From NCBI GenBank assembly GCA_002397465.1, contig DHAP01000034.1:1506-65505 (forward strand): 64,000 bases of DNA, read 5' to 3'. A program made the translations under genes and the position numbers. The DNA comes from Bacillales bacterium UBA4951. GTDB lineage: Bacteria > Bacillota_I > Bacilli_A > RFN20 > CAG-826. Of this stretch, positions 9,716-17,765 are shown one piece after another. The notes under the pieces were generated by a model that saw only the letters and a program-made list of their open reading frames with translations, did not search any database and was not told where the DNA came from. The first letter of the stretch is position 1. Each line of letters starts with the position of its first letter.

Positions 9716-10444
9716 ATGAAAAAGAAAACCGCCCTTTTGTCTCTACTGGCACTCCAGCTTTTGTTTTCATGCTCCCCAAGGTCCAGCTTGGTGGAGATTT
9801 CCAACGGAATCTCGACGCTTTCTCAGCTATCTTCCTTCCCTAACGAGAACCCCCTTTCCAGCGGTTCATATTCAATGTCCCTTTATTCCTATATATATAG
9901 CGATGAGGAAATGGAGAAAGAAGTCTCTAGGAAGAGCGGCGTTTTCACTTTCTCGGACACGAGCGCCTATTCTCTTTCATACGCATACGATGATGATGGA
10001 ACCAAGAGCGTGAGCGATCTTTTCTATTCGGGGGATACGCTCCGCATCAAAGATGCCTCGGGAGAGCGCGATTTCAGTTCCACGGCCGATTCGTTTTTCT
10101 CCACTTTCATCTCCTTCAAGGAGCGCCTATCATCCATCAGCGTCTCATTCGCCTCCATCAGCCACGATTATCTTTATAACGTCTACAACAAAATATCCAA
10201 CCCTCTTGCCTCTTATAACCTTCTTTCTTATGGCTCAGGTTCACTCGAAGTCCATTTAAAGGGATCGCATTTGGGCTATGACGAGTTCTTTTATGTCGAC
10301 TCATCCAAAATCAATGGCCTCATCGATGAGATCAAGATCACGTTTTCCGAAAATAGAATCTCAAACGTTGTGGCCAATTACCAATACGAAGTCGACAGCC
10401 TGACACGTTATGGGACGATGAATCTCTCCATCAACTATCGATGA
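9716..10444 (+). CDS. Putative lipoprotein, function unknown
   Basis: Signal peptide MKKKTALLSLLALQLLFSC with a lipobox-like LFSC. The rest is Ser/Tyr-rich with no known motif. Confidence 0.55.
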   Translation: MKKKTALLSLLALQLLFSCSPRSSLVEISNGISTLSQLSSFPNENPLSSGSYSMSLYSYIYSDEEMEKEVSRKSGVFTFSDTSAYSLSYAYDDDGTKSVSDLFYSGDTLRIKDASGERDFSSTADSFFSTFISFKERLSSISVSFASISHDYLYNVYNKISNPLASYNLLSYGSGSLEVHLKGSHLGYDEFFYVDSSKINGLIDEIKITFSENRISNVVANYQYEVDSLTRYGTMNLSINYR

Positions 10445-10881
10445 AAGCAAGAAGCAAGGAGACCATCTCCTACACGATGTCGCGCATCAAAGGCAAAAAC
10501 ACCGGCATTGAGTTGGCATTAAGAAAAGAGTTGACCGAGATGGGCCTTCGTTATCGCTGCAACAGCAAATACATCTTCGGCCATCCCGATATCTCATTCA
10601 AAGGATACAAAGTAGCCGTTTTCTGCGATTCGGAGTTTTGGCATGGCTACCAATTCGAGGAAAACAAAGAGAAGCTCCACTCAAACGTGTCGTATTGGGT
10701 GAACAAGATCGAAAGAAACATCAAAAGGGACAAACTGGTCAATGAAACATTGAAGAAAGAAGGGTACACAGTCATCCGTTTTTGGGGGACGGAGATCAAT
10801 GAAGACCCTTATCGATGCGCTGAAAAAATCAAAGAGTGTCTATTGGAAAAAGGCTATCCGGAAGCCAAACTCAAGAAATGA
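10441..10881 (+). CDS. vsr: Vsr-like (very short patch repair) endonuclease family protein
   Basis: N-terminal SRIKGKNTGIELALRKELTEMGLRYR, then HPDISF...VFCDSEFWHG and IRFWG, which match the Vsr family layout. The start overlaps the upstream stop (ATGA). Confidence 0.7.
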   Translation: MKARSKETISYTMSRIKGKNTGIELALRKELTEMGLRYRCNSKYIFGHPDISFKGYKVAVFCDSEFWHGYQFEENKEKLHSNVSYWVNKIERNIKRDKLVNETLKKEGYTVIRFWGTEINEDPYRCAEKIKECLLEKGYPEAKLKK

Positions 10882-11218
10882 ATGGCGAAAAATAATTAGT
10901 AGACCATTCGAAAAAGAAAACGAGCCAAACGATCAAGAAGGCCGCGATAGCCAAACTTAGGATCCCGCCGACGATGGTTGAGGCGAGGCATAAAGAATGG
11001 CCTGATTTGTTTTTATTGGAGAGGCCGATGGCCCCGATGAGACAGCCAAGCGGTGGCACCAAGAAAGAAAAGACGATGGCCAGTATGGAGACGACATCAA
11101 CGTCATTCGAAGACGATGAAGATGGCTTTTGAGTGGCCTCTGGATTTACCGGAGAACCGCAAAAAGTACAATACTTGGACTCATCCGGGATTTCTTTTCC
11201 GCAATTTTTGCAAAACAT
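10871..11218 (-). CDS. Zinc-ribbon membrane protein (DUF4190-like)
   Basis: N-terminal CKNCG...CTFCG ribbon, a Ser-rich linker and two TM helices. Confidence 0.5.
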   Translation of the reverse strand: MFCKNCGKEIPDESKYCTFCGSPVNPEATQKPSSSSSNDVDVVSILAIVFSFLVPPLGCLIGAIGLSNKNKSGHSLCLASTIVGGILSLAIAAFLIVWLVFFFEWSTNYFSPFIS

Positions 11219-11220
11219 GA

Positions 11221-11250
11221 TATAAAAGAAAACCCTCGCATGGAGGGTTT
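11221..11250 (-). terminator. Rho-independent terminator of the 11257-11727 gene
   Basis: Read on the minus strand: aaaccctc-catgc-gagggttt followed by tcttttat. Confidence 0.55.
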
Positions 11251-11256
11251 ATGTGA

Positions 11257-11727
11257 CTAGGCTTCTTTTTTGTTGGCTAGCAAGCCACCGGCTGAGATGG
11301 CCGCGCTGATGAATGAGAAGACAACGACGCAGATCGTGCCAGCTCCAAGGCCGTCTTCCGAAAGGGAAGCGAGGGTTTCTGGGGCGTGGGCGGCATCATA
11401 GAATTTGACGCTGAAGAGGAAGATGACTCCGGCACCGATTAGAAGTACCAGTTCGATGAGATAGAGAAGTTTGACTCTTTTGCCATCCAAGGCCAAGGCG
11501 CCAAAGCTGATGATGAAGGCCAAGCAGAGGGCAACGAAGCCAAGGACAAGCGGCCAAACGACTGGATAGGTGTCATACATCATTCCAAACATTGCCTGGA
11601 AGACATTGCCGGTGACAGAGCTATAACTCGAAGAGTCAAATGCAGGGGCAAACATCACGAATATGGCGATCATCGTGAATAGGGCGATGAATAATCCGAT
11701 CGTTTTGTTGATAGTGTTCTTTTTCAT
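11257..11727 (-). CDS. Small polytopic membrane protein, unknown function
   Basis: About four hydrophobic helices and a clean ATG. No motif recognised. Confidence 0.5.
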   Translation of the reverse strand: MKKNTINKTIGLFIALFTMIAIFVMFAPAFDSSSYSSVTGNVFQAMFGMMYDTYPVVWPLVLGFVALCLAFIISFGALALDGKRVKLLYLIELVLLIGAGVIFLFSVKFYDAAHAPETLASLSEDGLGAGTICVVVFSFISAAISAGGLLANKKEA

Positions 11728-11849
11728 GTTATTTTTCTTCCGTTTTTCTTACGCCTTCTAACTATACCCTCGCGCGCCCACGAGGGCAACTAGGCTTTTT
11801 TCAAAAAGTTTTTGTACCTTCTTTCAAGTATTTCTAACATAATTAATCC

Positions 11850-12998
11850 ATGCAAGGAAACAAGAAGAAAATAGTCAAGGCCACTTTCATCCCTCTTGCA
11901 GCCATTATTTTGAGTGGATGCGGTGCTTCTACTTCCAGTGAATCCACCAGCGTGAACGGCATTTATACCGTCACCTATTACGATGACAACGTCACGGATG
12001 AAGGAACTTCGAGCCCCAACAGGGTCGGTTATAGTTATGTCGCGACCGGCCATGGAGCCCTTTATCCGACTCATCTTGATGAGGGGGCCACATACAAAAC
12101 GAGCAAAAGCGGGAGAGATCCTTCTGGCTTAGGAAAGTATTGGTCTTTCTCTTCTTTCGCCGGAACGTATGAAGACGGAACCGCCGTCGATTTGAAAAAC
12201 ATCACCGGAGATTGCTCCGTTTACGCTCAATTTACCGAAAAATCCTATAGTTGGACTTTTAACTATTACAATTCAGGACGATTGATAAAAGACGCATCTG
12301 GCGATTCCATTTCCCAAACCTTGGTTTTCGATGGAACGACGCTTCCAGATTTCCCACCCAACAGCAAAGTCTCATCTTTGACGAGTTCGACCACACAATG
12401 GTTCGAGACGTCTTCTTTCACCGGATTCTCATTCGCCTTGGACACGGCTCACACTTCGCTTGATGGCATCACCATCCAAAGCGGGGATGCCGCTCCTAGC
12501 GGAGACGCCACAAAGGGAGTCGTTTATGTCTCCAAAGAGAAGACGGACAAAAACAGAACCTATCCTTTATATTTGGGCAACGGCAGCGATTGGGTGTCTT
12601 TGGGCAATCTCAAAGATGGCGTTTCGCTTCGCCTCAACGCCGAATATGATACCGAAGCGCGTCCGTTCACAATGACTTTATATCCGACAAAAGCAGACTT
12701 TACCGCCAAAACGAATGCATATACGACGACTTACCATCCTGTTTATGGCGACAGCTTGGAAGTGAACGTCGGGACGAATTCCATCACGATCAAAGATCTT
12801 AAGCCAGATACCTCAATCAGGTGGCAGGCCACCATCAACCAAGCCGATTTCACTGGGAGCCCGACCACATTCGGAGACTGGGCGATGGTCTACACCGGGA
12901 CCGATGGTCTTCTCGATGCGGATGTTGACCCTTATATAGGCACCGACGTTGATTTATCCAAGCCTATTTTTGAGAATTGCGCCTTCTATTTGAAATAA
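11850..12998 (+). CDS. Putative lipoprotein, unknown function
   Basis: Signal peptide with lipobox ILSGC. The mature part is Thr/Ser/Tyr-rich and looks beta-rich. Confidence 0.6.
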   Translation: MQGNKKKIVKATFIPLAAIILSGCGASTSSESTSVNGIYTVTYYDDNVTDEGTSSPNRVGYSYVATGHGALYPTHLDEGATYKTSKSGRDPSGLGKYWSFSSFAGTYEDGTAVDLKNITGDCSVYAQFTEKSYSWTFNYYNSGRLIKDASGDSISQTLVFDGTTLPDFPPNSKVSSLTSSTTQWFETSSFTGFSFALDTAHTSLDGITIQSGDAAPSGDATKGVVYVSKEKTDKNRTYPLYLGNGSDWVSLGNLKDGVSLRLNAEYDTEARPFTMTLYPTKADFTAKTNAYTTTYHPVYGDSLEVNVGTNSITIKDLKPDTSIRWQATINQADFTGSPTTFGDWAMVYTGTDGLLDADVDPYIGTDVDLSKPIFENCAFYLK

Positions 12999-13059
12999 GA
13001 CAAATAGGTCTCGCTTGTCTATATCTATGGACGGCTCTTTTTGTTAGAATAGTCTCACC

Positions 13060-13878
13060 ATGGAACGATTTCTCATCTATTGCAGCCTCTTCTTCATCGG
13101 CGGTGTTTGCGGATGGGTTCTTGAATTGTTTTTCAGAAGATTCGTCTCACAGAAAAAATGGGTCAACCCAGGATTCTTGACTGGGCCTTTGCTTCCTTTA
13201 TACGGATTTGGTCTCACTGGGCTATATATCTTTGCCAATGAGATACCATGGAGCCTCATCTCTTCGAATGTCGCGCTCGATTACTTCCTTGAGATCCTTT
13301 CGATAGGAGTCATGATGACCCTGATCGAATACATAGCTGGTTTGATTTTCATCAAAGGCATGCACATCAAACTTTGGGATTATTCAAAAAGACCTGGCAA
13401 CATTCAGGGTATCATCTGCCCTTTGTTTTCCCTGATTTGGACCGCGGCCGGGGCGGCTTATATCTTTTGGATTGACCCGATGTTTGACGCGGTGGCCCTC
13501 TTTGTGGCGGATCATATGCTCCCAATCGCTTTGGTTGTGGGCATTGGAATCGGCTTGGTGTCGGTGGACTTCGGCTGGAGCATTGGCTTGGCCAGCAAGA
13601 TCAGAAAAGCCGTATCCGATGCCAAACTGGTCGTCGACTGGGACAAAATCAAAGGATCCTTCCAAGACCATCATAAAAAGGCCAAGGAACACGTGGCTTG
13701 GATTTTCCCTTTCAAAGCCAAGGGAGAGGACTTCTCCTTGCTCATGAACGAATATGTCAATAATCTCCGCCTCGACATCGCCGAGGCTCAGGCCACCTAT
13801 AACGCCAAAATCGAGGCGAGAAGGCTCAAGAGATTAGAAAAGAAAAAGGAGAAAGAGGACAAGAATGAAGGTAAATGA
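13060..13878 (+). CDS. Membrane protein of the 'putative ABC-transporter type IV' (PF06541-like) family with a Lys/Glu-rich C-terminal tail
   Basis: N-terminal pattern FFIGGVCGWVLELFFRRF...VNPGFLTGPLLPLYGFG, recalled from that family. Confidence 0.5.
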   Translation: MERFLIYCSLFFIGGVCGWVLELFFRRFVSQKKWVNPGFLTGPLLPLYGFGLTGLYIFANEIPWSLISSNVALDYFLEILSIGVMMTLIEYIAGLIFIKGMHIKLWDYSKRPGNIQGIICPLFSLIWTAAGAAYIFWIDPMFDAVALFVADHMLPIALVVGIGIGLVSVDFGWSIGLASKIRKAVSDAKLVVDWDKIKGSFQDHHKKAKEHVAWIFPFKAKGEDFSLLMNEYVNNLRLDIAEAQATYNAKIEARRLKRLEKKKEKEDKNEGK

Positions 13879-14554
13879 GATAGTCGGCCTTTGCTTCTTT
13901 GCTTTGTTCATCGTCGTCTCGATACTGCAATTATCTTTTTCCTTTATGGAAAATGACAAGATGCGCCGCATCACCAAGCCAGGATGCCTTTTCTTCCTCT
14001 TTTTGTCCGTGGTGGTGGCCTTCCCGTCGTATCCTCTTATCTATGTTGGCTTATTGTTCGGCCTGTTCGGAGACACTTTCCTTTTAAGCAAGAACAACAA
14101 AACTTTCCTCTCTCTTGGGATTGTTTCTTTCTTCATAAACCACGTTTTGTTTATCGCCCAAGCCCTGACCCTTATCTATTCCTCGGGAGCCTTGGATGCC
14201 TATCCGATGGCCTGGCTATATTTTTTGATCTATTCCTTGGCTCTTCCACTCATCCTGATTTACCCGATATACATGTTCACCAGAAAGTCGAAGTTCTTCA
14301 CCGCTTTCGGAATATTCTATGCCGCCGTCTTATTCACTGAGTTGACTGTCTCGATACTAGGAACGTGCTTAGGATTATCACACTGGCTTTCCTTAGGAAT
14401 CATCGGTGGATCATTATTCATTGCCAGCGATGCCATCCTCACGAGGACGATTTTCATCAAGGACATCAAAAGAAGAGACTTTTACATCATGCTCACTTAT
14501 CTGGCGGCCCAGGCTTTGATCGTCTCGGGCTTCGTGTTCACTATCGTTGGATAG
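13865..14554 (+). CDS. YhhN family (lysoplasmalogenase-like) membrane protein
   Basis: Eight hydrophobic segments with LFGLFGDTFLL and GSLFIASDAILT motifs. Overlaps the upstream gene by 14 nt. Confidence 0.6.
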   Translation: MKVNEIVGLCFFALFIVVSILQLSFSFMENDKMRRITKPGCLFFLFLSVVVAFPSYPLIYVGLLFGLFGDTFLLSKNNKTFLSLGIVSFFINHVLFIAQALTLIYSSGALDAYPMAWLYFLIYSLALPLILIYPIYMFTRKSKFFTAFGIFYAAVLFTELTVSILGTCLGLSHWLSLGIIGGSLFIASDAILTRTIFIKDIKRRDFYIMLTYLAAQALIVSGFVFTIVG

Positions 14555-15149
14555 AGAGATAGACCAAGAGTTTTCTAAAGGCGATGGCGCGGTGGCTCAC
14601 CGCGTTCTTTTCCTCTTCTGAGCAAACTCCGAAATCAAGGTTGCCTTCATCATAATGGAATATCGGGTCATACCCGAATCCGTTGTGTCCTTTTTTCTCT
14701 TCGAGGATATGACCTTTGCAGACGCCATTGAAGAAAAGAGGCTTGGCTCCTTCTTTTTCAATCAGGCAGATGCAGCAGTGGTATTCAGCCGAACGGTCCT
14801 TGGCGTCTTTCATCAGATCCAAGACCTTTTGGTCGACGATTCCATAATCGGACGAGATTGAGGCGGCATAACGGGCGCTGTGGACGCCAGGGAAATGCTC
14901 GCCCAAGGCTTTGATTTCAATCCCTGAATCGTCAGAGATAACGGGGCGATGAACGATTGAAAAAAGAAACTTGGCTTTGATCAAGGCATTTTCTTCGTAG
15001 GTTAAGCCATTTTCGACGGGCTCTTCGGTGATATTGAGGTCGCTTTGGCCCATCACGATGTAGCCGAGCGGCGAAAGAAGCTCACGAAATTCCCGGAGTT
15101 TGTTCTTGTTATGGGTGGCTAGGACGATTTCTTGATTTAGGCGCTCCAT
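14541..15149 (-). CDS. rdgB: dITP/XTP pyrophosphatase (RdgB/HAM1 family)
   Basis: Motifs IVLATHNKNKLREF, ISDDSGIE, PGVHSARY and GFGYDPIF. Confidence 0.85.
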   Translation of the reverse strand: MERLNQEIVLATHNKNKLREFRELLSPLGYIVMGQSDLNITEEPVENGLTYEENALIKAKFLFSIVHRPVISDDSGIEIKALGEHFPGVHSARYAASISSDYGIVDQKVLDLMKDAKDRSAEYHCCICLIEKEGAKPLFFNGVCKGHILEEKKGHNGFGYDPIFHYDEGNLDFGVCSEEEKNAVSHRAIAFRKLLVYLSIQR

Positions 15150-16054
15150 ATTTTGCTTGCGAGACTAGGATAGTCTATAAATGGGTTTCTGACATTATAT
15201 TGTTTATAAAGAAATTCGTTTCTGTAGGTTTCGGTTGGATCTACGGGGTAGGTGGCATTCCATTCCAAAAGGCGGGAAAGTTTGCCCATCGTCTTCTTTG
15301 AGGCGCTGTCGCTCGGGTTGTCGCTGAGCTCAAGCCCGTTTAGTTTCCAATAGCGGGTGGCGGTGTAGAAGATTATTCTGGCAGCCATTCCACGATATTC
15401 CGGATAGCCTTCGCTCCCCGGATCGTAGGTATTGGCACCATCTTTGCTGGGAATTCCATAAAAGTTGTTGCCACGTCCGCTGTTGACCTTGACGGATGTC
15501 GGTCTCAGCATATGCGGGTCGGCGCCCGGGCCGCTTTTGCCGACTCCTCTCGAATTCGGCCAAACATGTTCTTTGTTCCATGTAGCTCCGCTGTCCCACA
15601 CGGGGTTTAGAGGGGCTCTATCATAAAAGCCAACCAAGTGTTTTGGGTCTTTTGGATTAAGGTCCGATTTGAGCAAAGTCGTATTCAGTTTGCTGTAGTT
15701 AGGCACGCTGTTGGCGGCATTGTTCAAAAGCGTAGCTAAATTTCCACGTAAGGTATTTCCGGTTTGGCTGAAATCGACTTTTGAATAATAGGCGCTTGGG
15801 ACAATCGGGGTATCATCTGATGAATCGCTAGATGCCGGCTCACTTGTGGAAGGTTCGCTTGTGGAAGGTTCGCTGGTAGATGGGCTGCTGGTCGATGGCT
15901 CACTAGTCGTGGGGTCACTCGTCGTCGGAGCGGGTGCGCTGGTCGTGGTGTCGGTAGAAGAGTCGGTGTTTGAAATGCTCGAAGTATCAACGTCACAAGA
16001 GGCTAGGAAGAGGGCTGCGAGGAAGCAAATGAGTGGTGCAAGTCTTTTTTTCAT
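15137..16054 (-). CDS. Endonuclease I family extracellular nuclease, lipoprotein
   Basis: Lipobox LFLASC, a PSTSE-repeat linker, and the catalytic-region motif NKEHVWPNSRG typical of Endonuclease_1/Bsn-like nucleases. Confidence 0.7.
   Translation of the reverse strand: MKKRLAPLICFLAALFLASCDVDTSSISNTDSSTDTTTSAPAPTTSDPTTSEPSTSSPSTSEPSTSEPSTSEPASSDSSDDTPIVPSAYYSKVDFSQTGNTLRGNLATLLNNAANSVPNYSKLNTTLLKSDLNPKDPKHLVGFYDRAPLNPVWDSGATWNKEHVWPNSRGVGKSGPGADPHMLRPTSVKVNSGRGNNFYGIPSKDGANTYDPGSEGYPEYRGMAARIIFYTATRYWKLNGLELSDNPSDSASKKTMGKLSRLLEWNATYPVDPTETYRNEFLYKQYNVRNPFIDYPSLASKIWSA
15843..15932. repeat. 15-bp in-frame tandem repeat (~6 units) encoding the (P/T)STSE linker of the nuclease
   Basis: cttgtggaaggttcg occurs twice, followed by four diverged 15-mers. 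The minus-strand translation is TSEPSTSSPSTSEPSTSEPSTSEP. Confidence 0.8.
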
Positions 16055-16254
16055 AACGAGTTACTCTATCCCATTATCTAAGGCTTTGGAAGGCTAAAAA
16101 ATTTCATGCTGACACTACCGACATCGTAAAAAACGTATATAAAAGTCAAAATAACCACTCGATGAGTAGCGAATTTCAACAATGTAACTGTATACAAAAG
16201 GCACTATTTCGAAGCTAAGAATTACCGATAAAAGAGATGTTTTTTCAAGCGGCA

Positions 16255-16279
16255 TAAAAAAATCCCGATTGCTCGGGAT
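16255..16279 (-). terminator. Rho-independent terminator downstream of the tRNA pair
   Basis: Read on the minus strand: atcccga-gcaa-tcgggat followed by TTTTTTT. Confidence 0.75.
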
Positions 16280-16289
16280 GTCTTTTCGC

Positions 16290-16363
16290 TGGAGCAGGTG
16301 ACGGGAATCGGACCCGCATAATCAGCTTGGAAGGCTGATGTTCTACCACTGAACTACACCTGC
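16290..16363 (-). tRNA. tRNA-Gly (anticodon UCC)
   Basis: Folded by hand into a 74-nt cloverleaf. Acceptor stem GCAGGTG/CACCTGC, anticodon loop CT-TCC-AA, U73 discriminator and encoded CCA. Confidence 0.9.
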
Positions 16364-16367
16364 GAAT

Positions 16368-16444
16368 TGGCGGACCATACGAGATTCGAACTCGTGATCT
16401 TCTCCGTGACAGGGAGACATGTTAGACCGCTACACCAATGGTCC
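16368..16444 (-). tRNA. tRNA-Asp (anticodon GUC)
   Basis: 77-nt cloverleaf. Acceptor stem GGACCAT/ATGGTCC, anticodon loop CT-GTC-AC, T-loop TTCGAAT, G73 and encoded CCA. Confidence 0.9.
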
Positions 16445-16462
16445 ATCTTTGGCGCGGGAAAC

Positions 16463-16491
16463 AATATAGCACATAGAGCGGTGGAGGGCAA
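16463..16491 (-). promoter_or_regulatory. Putative promoter of the tRNA-Asp/tRNA-Gly unit
   Basis: Read on the minus strand: TTGCCC, a 17-nt spacer, then the extended -10 TGcTATATT. It ends ~19 nt upstream of the mature tRNA-Asp 5' end. Confidence 0.5.
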
Positions 16492-16492
16492 A

Positions 16493-16521
16493 GAAAAACG
16501 ATAGGTCCTTAAACCTATCGT
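16493..16521 (-). terminator. Rho-independent terminator of trxA
   Basis: 9-bp stem acgataggt/acctatcgt with a 6-nt loop, followed on the minus strand by TTTTTCTTT. Confidence 0.7.
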
Positions 16522-16532
16522 CATTTCCTCAC

Positions 16533-16841
16533 TTATTGAACGCCGACGAACTTCTTGAGCGATGGCTCTGGGACATAGCCGACGCTTTGACGAACGGCCT
16601 TGCCGTCTTCGAAGTAGACGAGAGTCGGAATCGAGTAGACGTTGAACATCGCCGCGATTTCCTCGGCTTTGTCGACGTCGACCTTGATGACTTTGATTTC
16701 CGGATGGTCTTTTGAGAGCTTCTCAACGAGCGGTGAGAGCATGCTGCAGGGGCCGCACCAGGTGGCGAAGAAGTCCACGAGGACCTTTCCTTCCTTCGTT
16801 TCCTTCTCGAACTCGTCTTTCTTTTCTATGTGCAATAACAT
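16533..16841 (-). CDS. trxA: Thioredoxin
   Basis: Active site FFATWCGPC in a 102-aa protein with a strong RBS (AAGGAGA). Confidence 0.9.
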   Translation of the reverse strand: MLLHIEKKDEFEKETKEGKVLVDFFATWCGPCSMLSPLVEKLSKDHPEIKVIKVDVDKAEEIAAMFNVYSIPTLVYFEDGKAVRQSVGYVPEPSLKKFVGVQ

Positions 16842-16855
16842 AATCGTTTCTCCTT

Positions 16856-17758
16856 TTAAGCAAATATTATGCTAAAGATCAGCCCAATCAAAGCAAGATG
16901 CACTGGGTAGTAGAGATACTCGGAATAACGGAACCATTTTTTGTCATATCCTCGCTTGCCGTTATAGAGGAACAAGAGGATGGCGTCGACTAAGCAATAG
17001 GTTTGCTGGGACATGTAATATGGATCGATCGGCCCCATGTAGGAAAGGGCCCAGAAGAAGACGGTGACGATGACCAGAACCGAGATGTAAATGGTGTTGG
17101 TCATCCCCTGATAGCCTTTGCTCTTCAAGAAGCCTTGATAAGCCTCATCGTCGTTTCCGAAGCTTTTCTTGGCATAAGAGGCGACGATTTTCGGGGCGTA
17201 GTAAAAGCCTAAGAACATCAAGAAACCATAGAGGTTATAGCCACCTCTGAAGAGTTCGGGGAAGTACTGGCTCCAGACGCTGGTCAAGGAAGAGCTGGCA
17301 GCATAAGTCTCACTCACGTAGGCCGAGTAACACAAAACGATATAGGCAAGAGGCAAAATGGCCAATCCCTTTTTCCAGCCTTTTTGCTCGAGAAGGTAGA
17401 TGAACAGGGAATAAAGCAGCAAATCCGTGAAAGCTTGGGCGGTGGCGTATCCTGATCCAAGGTTGCCATAATAGAGCACTAATTCCACGACAAACACCAG
17501 AGCCCAGATGAGGGCCAACCTAAGAATATAGTTAGCCCGGTCTTTGGTGTGGCGGAGCCCTTCGGCGAGCATAAGAACGAAAAGAGGAAAAGCCAGCCTT
17601 CCGATGATGCGGAAAGCGTATCCGCAGATATAGGCTCCGCTGCCCTCGGCGAAATAACCGGAATTCATCAAAATGACCCCGATATGGTCGAGAGTCATTG
17701 TCACGATGCCAATGATTTTCAGAACGAATTCGTCGAGTACCTGTGCTTTTTCTTTCAT
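16856..17758 (-). CDS. TraX family membrane protein
   Basis: N-terminal LKIIGIVTMTLDHIG signature in a polytopic protein. Confidence 0.55.
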   Translation of the reverse strand: MKEKAQVLDEFVLKIIGIVTMTLDHIGVILMNSGYFAEGSGAYICGYAFRIIGRLAFPLFVLMLAEGLRHTKDRANYILRLALIWALVFVVELVLYYGNLGSGYATAQAFTDLLLYSLFIYLLEQKGWKKGLAILPLAYIVLCYSAYVSETYAASSSLTSVWSQYFPELFRGGYNLYGFLMFLGFYYAPKIVASYAKKSFGNDDEAYQGFLKSKGYQGMTNTIYISVLVIVTVFFWALSYMGPIDPYYMSQQTYCLVDAILLFLYNGKRGYDKKWFRYSEYLYYPVHLALIGLIFSIIFA

Positions 17759-17765
17759 ATGTTCC

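Noticed and set aside
9716-10881. Lipoprotein plus Vsr as part of a restriction-modification or other defence island
   Set aside because: I recognised no methyltransferase, restriction endonuclease, ATPase or other defence-associated gene in the neighbourhood. The neighbours are an ABC exporter and small membrane proteins.
15843-15932. Short tandem repeats (and the 660-bp repeats at 22312-24290) considered as a CRISPR array
   Set aside because: The repeats are contiguous with no unique spacers. They are in-frame inside well-supported CDSs and encode peptide repeats. No cas genes are in the window.
16255-16500. tRNA-Asp/tRNA-Gly pair as an integration hotspot flanking a genomic island
   Set aside because: No integrase, recombinase or transposase is present, there is no duplicated tRNA 3' fragment (att repeat), and no obvious compositional break appears on either side. 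The flanking genes (trxA, nuclease, rdgB) look like core genes.
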